From assembly GCF_050053475.1 (NCBI RefSeq), contig NZ_JBBBDN010000001.1: a stretch of 64,000 bases of DNA; one strand, given 5' to 3'. The position numbers were made by a program, and so were the translations under genes. Shown here in pieces: positions 57,254-64,000 of this stretch. The notes under the pieces are model-generated. The model did not search any database. It saw only the letters and a list, made by a program, of their open reading frames with translations, and was not told where the DNA came from. Numbering within the stretch: the first letter of the stretch is position 1; each line of letters begins with the position of its first letter. Origin of the DNA: Lusitaniella coriacea LEGE 07167. GTDB taxonomy: Bacteria > Cyanobacteriota > Cyanobacteriia > Cyanobacteriales > Spirulinaceae.

Positions 57254-58522
57254 CTACTGGATCTCCTCCAATGACTCCGCCGATTGCCAAATAAAATTTC
57301 CCGCGCGATCGATATAACCTCGTTTCGTTCCCATCTCTACTCGTGCTATTCCTTCCTTAGAAAAATTTTGGGTAAAGCTAAATCGGGGTTCAATTACCAT
57401 CTTTCCCGTGCGGTCGATGTAGCCCCATTTATCTCCTATTTTAACGGTCGCCATTCCGTTGGAAAATTCAAAAGCATCGTCAAATTTGAATTCGATCGCA
57501 AGCTCCCCCCTATTATTAATAAATCCATATTTATGCTTTTCTGCTGTTAGGGGTATTCCTTCTTCAACAACAGCCAATCCTTCAGAAAAAGGATGAATTC
57601 TGTCAAATTTGGGTTTAAGGATCGTTTTTCCTGATGTGTCGATTAGTCCGTACTTCATTCGACCATTTTTATTCCGGACTCCCACCGCCGCCAAGCATTC
57701 TGAAAAGAAATTTACATTGTCGTATTTTAAAGGAGTAACTTTTTTTCCTTCTTGATCAATAAATCCCCAAAGTTTTTGGTGTCTTCCAGTGATAATTTGT
57801 TTGAGTAATCTAGACCAAGGCGTACTCACATAAACGCCAGCTCGTCCATTCTTAAATCCTACATGAGCAAAGAAATCTACATGAACATCATAGTCTAGTT
57901 CAATAACAACTTGACCTTTGCGATTAACAAAACCATGCTTTTCTCCTGATGAAAAAGCAGCTAATCCTTCCCGAAACCCTCCAACATCAGAAAACTCAAT
58001 CTGAGTAATTAATTTTCCATTTTCATCAATAAACCCCCAAGCATTTTCTTTTTTCACAGCAGCTCTTCCGTCAAAAAAACGCTGTACGCGATCGAATTTT
58101 GGCTCAACAATAAAACGACCATTAGTGTCAATAAAGCCCCATTTGCCTTGCTGCACAACGGCAGCTCGTTCTTCGTAAAAATAGCCAACCCAATCAAACT
58201 GGGGTTCAATGGCAACTTGTCCCTTTTTATCGATAAAACCCCACTTTCCATTTCGTTGAAAAGCTGCTCGCCCATTTGTAAAACTTTTCACCTTTTCAAA
58301 CTGAGGCTGAATCGCGATCTTTCCTGTTTCATCGATAAAACCCCACTTCCCATTCTGAGAAATTAGTAACAAGAAAGGTTCGTGATGCCTCCACCAGTGA
58401 TAATTATTTGCTGGCGGACAAGATTCCGTAACAGCTTGAGTAGGTTGCTTTACGCATCCAGAAAAAAGGGAAAGCAAGATTAAACTGAGGTACAGTGTGG
58501 GGTAAGAAGAAAATTTCAACAA
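57254..58522 (-). CDS. WG-repeat lipoprotein
   Basis: Lipobox LFSGC; about 12 repeats of KWGFID..GK...P.FD.V..F..G.A. Confidence 0.75.
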   Translation of the reverse strand: MLKFSSYPTLYLSLILLSLFSGCVKQPTQAVTESCPPANNYHWWRHHEPFLLLISQNGKWGFIDETGKIAIQPQFEKVKSFTNGRAAFQRNGKWGFIDKKGQVAIEPQFDWVGYFYEERAAVVQQGKWGFIDTNGRFIVEPKFDRVQRFFDGRAAVKKENAWGFIDENGKLITQIEFSDVGGFREGLAAFSSGEKHGFVNRKGQVVIELDYDVHVDFFAHVGFKNGRAGVYVSTPWSRLLKQIITGRHQKLWGFIDQEGKKVTPLKYDNVNFFSECLAAVGVRNKNGRMKYGLIDTSGKTILKPKFDRIHPFSEGLAVVEEGIPLTAEKHKYGFINNRGELAIEFKFDDAFEFSNGMATVKIGDKWGYIDRTGKMVIEPRFSFTQNFSKEGIARVEMGTKRGYIDRAGNFIWQSAESLEEIQ

Positions 58523-58535
58523 ACGTCCCTACCCT

Positions 58536-59414
58536 CTAATCGACTCGTTCCAACTGCCAAAGAATTTGATTGCCTTCGCGTCGAACTCTAGAAACGACCC
58601 AGTTGCGCCAGGGCCAATGATCGCCACGACTTGTGACGGCACTGGCATTGACATCCATCAAGTCGGCGAGTTCGGAACTGCTAATCAAATAGCCTTTGCT
58701 GGCGATTTCATCGGCAATGCGCAGAGATTCGATCAAACCTCTGAGTTGAGTCACTCTCAACTCGCGGGGAAGGTTTAAATCTTCAAGTACGTTGTTTGCA
58801 AGGGATTCAGTCATAGTTTGCTCGGCGGTCAAAACGCTAGATTGTTTCTCTTTATACGCTATCGTTGTTGGAACAGTTTTGTCTGATAACCCTGCTACGT
58901 TCGGATCGGAAATTTCCTGAAGGGCAACTTCGAGATTTGAGGGAAAAGCTTGTTGTAAGGATGGAGAAGTGCCGCTAGCAAAGGCACTCGCGATCGCGTC
59001 CGCTCGTTCGTTCCCTGGATTGCCACTGTGTCCTCTAACATATTTCCAGGTAATTAAATTGGAATTGAGGCGATCGAGGGATTGCCAGAGGTCTTGATTG
59101 GAAACTGCTTCGCCTTTACTGGTTTTCCATCCCTTTTTTTTCCAACCCGAAATCCATTGGGTGATTCCTTTTTTGACGTATTCGCTATCGGTATAGAGGG
59201 TGACAGGATTACTCTGACGAGCAGCGTCTAAAACTTTTAGCGCCGCGATCGCGGCTTGCATTTCCATGCGATTGTTCGTGGTCTGTTCCTCTGCACCTCC
59301 AATTTCCACCACCGAACCATCAACAAAGTTAATCACTAATCCCCATCCACCGGGTCCGGGGTTACCAAGACAAGCGCCATCGGTATAAAAACTCTCAATA
59401 ATGCGATTTGACAT
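58536..59414 (-). CDS. rnhA: ribonuclease HI with ~130-aa C-terminal extension containing an HTH-like segment
   Basis: Catalytic DEDD (TDGAC, NNRMEMQA, YTDSEY, ERAD). The extension has SSELADLMDVNASAVTSRG, an HTH-like segment. Confidence 0.85.
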   Translation of the reverse strand: MSNRIIESFYTDGACLGNPGPGGWGLVINFVDGSVVEIGGAEEQTTNNRMEMQAAIAALKVLDAARQSNPVTLYTDSEYVKKGITQWISGWKKKGWKTSKGEAVSNQDLWQSLDRLNSNLITWKYVRGHSGNPGNERADAIASAFASGTSPSLQQAFPSNLEVALQEISDPNVAGLSDKTVPTTIAYKEKQSSVLTAEQTMTESLANNVLEDLNLPRELRVTQLRGLIESLRIADEIASKGYLISSSELADLMDVNASAVTSRGDHWPWRNWVVSRVRREGNQILWQLERVD

Positions 59415-59510
59415 CTACAATTGTTTCATTATGGGTTAATGGATTCACACCGCCACGAGATTGTCGAACGGTTTATCCGGTTGAATTGTGCGTTAATTTT
59501 CAGTTGCGTT

Positions 59511-62500
59511 CTAGAACGCGCGATCGCGGGAATGACCCGAAGGGGATAATGGATTGCCATTGATCGTAAAACCTGCCCAGTAGTAGGGATGAGCGTAGGG
59601 CGGTTGGGAAGATTCCATTTTACCAGCATTCTCTTGAATGGTTTTGGCATTATTTTCTAAGGTTTCCGTATAGAGAAGAGAGATGTTGGCAACTTCCCGA
59701 AGACTGGTACGAAAATTATCCCGAAACTCGTGCAAAACTTTACCCGATGTACGATTGCCCGATAACTCTTTGGCGCGCTCAAAGTACCACTGAACGAGTT
59801 CCCGATGGGTGATCGTTCGCATCCAATGTTGGGTTTTTTGCAGCGCTTCTGTGGGTTCGGTTCCGGCGGCAAACCGACGATAAAACTCGATGGTAAATAG
59901 AGTGCCTGCCATTGAGTCTACCCGCCACAAACAGTTCAGAACGTAGGTTACGCCTTTGCCCAAAAGGGCGCGGACAAAGCTGGCGGAGTTAAAGAGCGCT
60001 TCCGGGCGCGCGACGGTACGTTTTTTTGCTCGAGTGGAGGCGGTTGGGGGGAGTTCGGTAACGGCTAAGGTGGCTAATTTATAGCGAGCCAAGCTGGGTA
60101 AGATATCGATGTCTCTGATGCTCAGGGGATCGTCTCCGCCGAGAGCTAAAATCATTTCTTGGGCTTGGGTGGGGTTGGGACGAACGTAGCTGTTGAGGTG
60201 CAGGAGATTATGTTCGGTTTTCAGCGCTGCAATGACGTTGGCTCTGGTAGCACGCCGATCGATCAGGTGTTGTGTCGCGGCAAAATATTGCCCGATCGCG
60301 GCGGCTTCAATTTCTGGATTGGCAAGGGAGGTGAGGGTTTGGGTTTCGGTTTCGCTTTCTTGGCGATCGCGCACGGCAATGGTTAGTAAGGAAAGCTTTT
60401 CGCGATCGGGGTTAGAAATCGCGGCGACCTGTTGTTGACCGAGGTGAAGGCTGGGCAAGCAACTCAGGGTGAGATCGGGGCGAACATTGTGTTCTAAGGT
60501 TTTGTCGGCGGCTGCGAGATGGAAAAGTGCGGGGAGGGGGAGGTGATGCAAGTCGCAGTGAGGAACCAAAACCAAGTGTTGAATCGCACTCTGTTTTTCA
60601 TCTTTAGGGGACTCATCGGAACTCAAAATTTGGAGAATTTTCGGAATTTCCAAAATGTCGCTCAGTTGCGTCAGGCATTCCGGCAATTTTTTTCGCCATT
60701 CTTTGGGCTGTTCGAGGAGTTGAAACCAATGCTCCAACCAGTTCTCGAAGCGCGTTAAGCGCTGCAAGGCATTCCAACACTGTTGAGTTGAGAGGCTATC
60801 TCGTTCGGTTGCGCTATCTTGTTCGATATCGAGCAGGTCTTCTAGCAGTTGGCTCAATTCTTCGGTGTTGTTTTTCGCCGATTGAATTTTCGAGCGTAAA
60901 AAAGGCGTGAGAACCACTTTTTTAAAAACATTCCCCGGCTGTCCGAGAACAATGGGTTCGGGAGTGTCGGCTTTGAAAATAAAGGTGGTTAGAGCAATGG
61001 GACTCAAGTGCCAGTAAACGATCGCGGTGGTGGGGTCGAGCCATTGTTGAATTTGCTGCCACGTTAAGCCTTTGCCCTCTTCAGAAGCACCCGATAGCAC
61101 GGAGGAAAAGTCTTCTTGCGTCCAGCCGTCGGTTTTCTTCCATTCTGCCTGAGCGATCGCGGAGAGAAATTCCCCAGATTGAACCGCAAGATCGACGCTC
61201 AATTGGTGAAAATGATTGAGGTTTAAAATCGGCTTTTTCTTTGGGATGGTTTGGTGTTGGGGGGTTTCGAGGAGTCGCTGCAACAAATCGGTCATGCGCT
61301 GTTGCAGTTTATTGGCTTGCGCGGTTTTTTCTAGGACGAGTTGGGCTTGCAGGAGGTCTTGTAAAACTTGCAGGTGGACTTCGGGAAAGGTTGCTTCGGT
61401 GAGGGTGGTCAGGGCTTCGTTGTAGCGACTGACTGCTTGATACCAGGGTTCGACCGATCGCGTGCTGGCGCGTCCTTGACGAGCATAGAGCCGTCCGATT
61501 GCGGCGTGGAGCTGTCCCCAGCCTTCGGGGTGTTTGCTGGGGTAGAGGTAGTTTAAGCCGGCTTCTAAACTGGCGAGTTCTCCCACTTCGCCCCGTTGAT
61601 TGAGGAGGGCGTTGTTTTGCGCGATCGCGCTGAGAGAGGTTAACAAAAGGTCGGAATGGGGAGAGAGTCGTGCGGCTTCGCTGCGACTGAGCCAAATTTC
61701 CCACCCATCGGGTTGAAGTTGTAGGGCGCGGTCGTAACTGGCAATCGCTTGTTCCAACGAGCCAATCGCAACGAGAGTATTGCCGCGACCAAACCAAACC
61801 TGAGCGCGGTTGGGGTGCAATTCTAGGGCGCGATCGTAACTGGTAATCGATTCTTGGTGGCGTTCGAGCCGCGCTAGGGCGTTGCCGCGATAGTACCAGA
61901 TTTCTGGGAGGTCGGTTTGGAAAGAAAGGGCCCGGTCGTAACTTTCGAGAGCTTCTTCGATGCGCTCGAAGCGCTGGAGCAAGTTGCCGCGATTGTACCA
62001 AGCTTTGTAATCTTTGGGATTGAGTTCTAGGACGCGATCGAAAGCGACCAAGGCTTCTTCGTAGCGTTTGAGTTCGACCAGGACGATGCCTCGGTTGTAC
62101 CAGGCTTTATCGTAGTTGGATTCGAGTTCGATCGCGCGATCGTAACTTTCCAGGGCTTCTTCCGGGCGCTGCAAGCTTTTGAGCGCCAATCCTCGGTTAC
62201 TCCACGCTTGGTAATAGTTCGGTCGCCGCGCGATCGCATTGTCCCAGCAAACTACCGCTCCGGTGAAGTCTTCCATTTCATAGCACTGAATGCCATGCCG
62301 AAACCAAACCTCCGGGTCTTCCGCTTCCGCTTCAGAATTCTCCACCACCGTTATCGATTGCTGGGAGTTGGGGGTTTCGTAGGAGCCGTTTTGACCGAAT
62401 CCGAGGGGAGAAAAGAGTTCGGGATTATCTTGAAATTCTTGCTGTGCCTCTTCTGGCACAATTTCCCCCGTAATGCTCCCATCGGTTGTAATCCCCACGG

Positions 62501-63047
62501 GAGGTTGCGAAATAACCAGTAGGGTTGAGCTGACCAGGGGAATGGGTGAGTGCTGTTCTTCAACAGAATGACCCTCTGTGTGAGGCGAGAAGGATGAGTC
62601 ATCGCCGTTGTATTCCCAAATTTCGTTCAGGCTTCCCCTCGACAGTAGCGAAACCCCAATACTTTCAGCCAGATCGCCAATTTTACGAACCGGGGAGTTT
62701 TCCGGTAAAGATTGGGTTTGTTCGCCCAGTTTCACCATCCGTTGGGCGAGTTCCTGATTTGAAGCAGGAGAAACAAGAACTTTGATGCCGTAACGCTCTA
62801 ACCAAGAGAGCCAATGGTCTTTGTCCCCGCGCTCTCCCAGCGTATTGAAAAAGCGTTGAATCCGTCCGGGTTGCCAACCATAGGCAATACCTTCAAGGAG
62901 TTGACTGAATAAATATTCGTAGTCCCCGTCGCTTAAAGGTTGATAGGGTTTGGGCGGCTGTTTCGGCTCGGACAGTCGCTCGGAAGGGGGAGTATTGAAC
63001 AGTTGTTGCCAAAAATTTTTCAAGCTCTGTACAATTTTCCTGAACAT
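59511..63047 (-). CDS. TPR-repeat + CHAT-domain protein
   Basis: 1178 aa; about 8 TPR units (AWYNRG...), C-terminal CHAT (VLVPHCDLHHLPLPAL start; LWRVDS; terminal HPYYWAGFTINGNP). Confidence 0.85.
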   Translation of the reverse strand: MFRKIVQSLKNFWQQLFNTPPSERLSEPKQPPKPYQPLSDGDYEYLFSQLLEGIAYGWQPGRIQRFFNTLGERGDKDHWLSWLERYGIKVLVSPASNQELAQRMVKLGEQTQSLPENSPVRKIGDLAESIGVSLLSRGSLNEIWEYNGDDSSFSPHTEGHSVEEQHSPIPLVSSTLLVISQPPVGITTDGSITGEIVPEEAQQEFQDNPELFSPLGFGQNGSYETPNSQQSITVVENSEAEAEDPEVWFRHGIQCYEMEDFTGAVVCWDNAIARRPNYYQAWSNRGLALKSLQRPEEALESYDRAIELESNYDKAWYNRGIVLVELKRYEEALVAFDRVLELNPKDYKAWYNRGNLLQRFERIEEALESYDRALSFQTDLPEIWYYRGNALARLERHQESITSYDRALELHPNRAQVWFGRGNTLVAIGSLEQAIASYDRALQLQPDGWEIWLSRSEAARLSPHSDLLLTSLSAIAQNNALLNQRGEVGELASLEAGLNYLYPSKHPEGWGQLHAAIGRLYARQGRASTRSVEPWYQAVSRYNEALTTLTEATFPEVHLQVLQDLLQAQLVLEKTAQANKLQQRMTDLLQRLLETPQHQTIPKKKPILNLNHFHQLSVDLAVQSGEFLSAIAQAEWKKTDGWTQEDFSSVLSGASEEGKGLTWQQIQQWLDPTTAIVYWHLSPIALTTFIFKADTPEPIVLGQPGNVFKKVVLTPFLRSKIQSAKNNTEELSQLLEDLLDIEQDSATERDSLSTQQCWNALQRLTRFENWLEHWFQLLEQPKEWRKKLPECLTQLSDILEIPKILQILSSDESPKDEKQSAIQHLVLVPHCDLHHLPLPALFHLAAADKTLEHNVRPDLTLSCLPSLHLGQQQVAAISNPDREKLSLLTIAVRDRQESETETQTLTSLANPEIEAAAIGQYFAATQHLIDRRATRANVIAALKTEHNLLHLNSYVRPNPTQAQEMILALGGDDPLSIRDIDILPSLARYKLATLAVTELPPTASTRAKKRTVARPEALFNSASFVRALLGKGVTYVLNCLWRVDSMAGTLFTIEFYRRFAAGTEPTEALQKTQHWMRTITHRELVQWYFERAKELSGNRTSGKVLHEFRDNFRTSLREVANISLLYTETLENNAKTIQENAGKMESSQPPYAHPYYWAGFTINGNPLSPSGHSRDRAF

Positions 63048-63265
63048 CTACAAGGACAGCTTGAGGATCGCGCGAATCGTTTGCTTCCTTGTCTCTATTG
63101 CAAAATTATAGGGGATCGTTTCAAGATTGTTTGCGATCTTGCCCTTGGGATTTGTACGCTCCTCTGAATTTTAGCGGCGCGATCGCGGTAAAATCGTGCC
63201 GTTTGTTGAGAAGAATATTTGAAGGCAGCGCTAAAATAAAATGAATATTCTCTCCGTGCGGATCG

Positions 63266-64000
63266 ATGTCTGTTACCCAAGAATTAACTCCTCCTCCTAG
63301 CCTCTCCCAGGAGGTAATATTTCCCTCTAGCGATTTATATAGCGACGAACCTCCCGTGGAAACCGAACTACACCTGCGACAAATTATTCTCCTTTTTCAA
63401 TGTTTGGAATGGTTGTGGCGAGAGCGAACGGATTTCTACGCGGCGGCGAATCTGACGATTTACTACAGTCCCAATCAACTCAAATCGAAGGATTTTCGAG
63501 GACCCGATTTCTTTGTGGTTTTGGGAACCGAACGAAAAACTCGAAAAAGTTGGGTGGTTTGGGCGGAGGAGGGGAAATATCCCAATGTAATTATCGAAAT
63601 TCTCTCTCCCACAACGGCGAAAACTGATAAGGAGTTAAAAAAACAAATTTATCAAGACACCTTTCGCACTCCTGATTATTTCTGGTTCGATCCCTATACA
63701 TTGGAGTTTGAAGGATTCCATTTGTTGGATGGGAAATACTCTCCTTTAACCCCGAATGAGGAAGGAAATTTGTGGAGTCAACAGTTGGGGTTATATTTGG
63801 GGATTTACGCGAAAAAGTTACGATTTTTCACAGTAGAAGGGGAGTTAGTTCTCACTCCGGAGGAGATAGCTGAAGAGGAAATTCAACGCGCCGAGAGCGC
63901 AACACAGCGTGCAGAACAAGAAGCTCAACGCGCCGAGAACGCAACACAGCGTGCAGAACGACTTGCCGCTAAACTGCGAGAGCTAAATATCGATCCCGAT
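63266..64000 (+). CDS. Uma2-family (DUF820) endonuclease, 3' end beyond the window
   Basis: YYSP...PDFFVV...R.SW..W.E.GKYPNVIIEILSPTTAKTDK....Y.....PDYFWFDP typical of Uma2; runs off the window end, so it is absent from the ORF track. Confidence 0.8.
   Translation, partial: MSVTQELTPPPSLSQEVIFPSSDLYSDEPPVETELHLRQIILLFQCLEWLWRERTDFYAAANLTIYYSPNQLKSKDFRGPDFFVVLGTERKTRKSWVVWAEEGKYPNVIIEILSPTTAKTDKELKKQIYQDTFRTPDYFWFDPYTLEFEGFHLLDGKYSPLTPNEEGNLWSQQLGLYLGIYAKKLRFFTVEGELVLTPEEIAEEEIQRAESATQRAEQEAQRAENATQRAERLAAKLRELNIDPD

Noticed and set aside
61309-62001. 230-aa Arg/Pro-rich ORF on the minus strand
   Set aside because: An alternative frame inside the TPR region of the TPR-CHAT gene with low-complexity RPRS composition; an overlapping-frame artefact.
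1-64000. tRNA, rRNA, tmRNA, RNase P, Yfr1 (ACTCCTCACAC) and riboswitch search in intergenic regions
   Set aside because: No cloverleaf-compatible sequences (GTTCRANYC T-loops with matching acceptor stems) or known ncRNA signatures found by eye; a covariance-model scan with Infernal/Rfam and tRNAscan-SE would be needed to be certain.

Overview
This 64-kb window appears to be cyanobacterial chromosome, about 50% GC. The HIP1 octamer GCGATCGC occurs every few hundred bp; STRR-like heptamer/octamer tracts and several pentapeptide-repeat proteins are present. I support about 56 protein-coding genes and see no rRNA, tRNA, CRISPR array, transposase or prophage. Housekeeping genes include rplI, dnaB, def, gloB, ruvX/yqgF, dusA, gdhA and rnhA. 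Signalling genes include a histidine kinase – response regulator – receiver/PAS/adenylate-cyclase operon. A second operon has two tandem paralogous HisKA_3 kinases, a VOC protein and a LuxR-type regulator. Transport and envelope genes include an SSF symporter with its DUF4212 partner, an ABC solute-binding protein, an MscS channel, a rhomboid, a PAP2 phosphatase and a GT4 (SPS/MshA-like) glycosyltransferase. Candidates for something new: (1) a 2.3-kb low-GC, HIP1-free island (50.6-52.9 kb) carrying three small minus-strand genes, one with a SUKH/SMI1-KNR4-like signature, next to a DUF4126 membrane protein; (2) an HTH-NACHT STAND NTPase at the window start; (3) a same-strand cluster with a CBS-like histidine kinase, an SPFH protein with three DUF4339/GYF-like repeats, def, a small membrane protein and an FHA-PrsW fusion; (4) a TPR-CHAT protein whose catalytic Cys appears replaced, next to an extended RNase HI and a Uma2 nuclease; (5) two inverted copies of an 87-bp element with terminal inverted repeats bracketing a 3.1-kb segment. 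I also see REP-like hairpins with compensatory stem changes, a mosaic intergenic repeat family, and a GTAN8TAC NtcA-type site upstream of gdhA. All calls are by eye from sequence and motif recognition; no searches were run.
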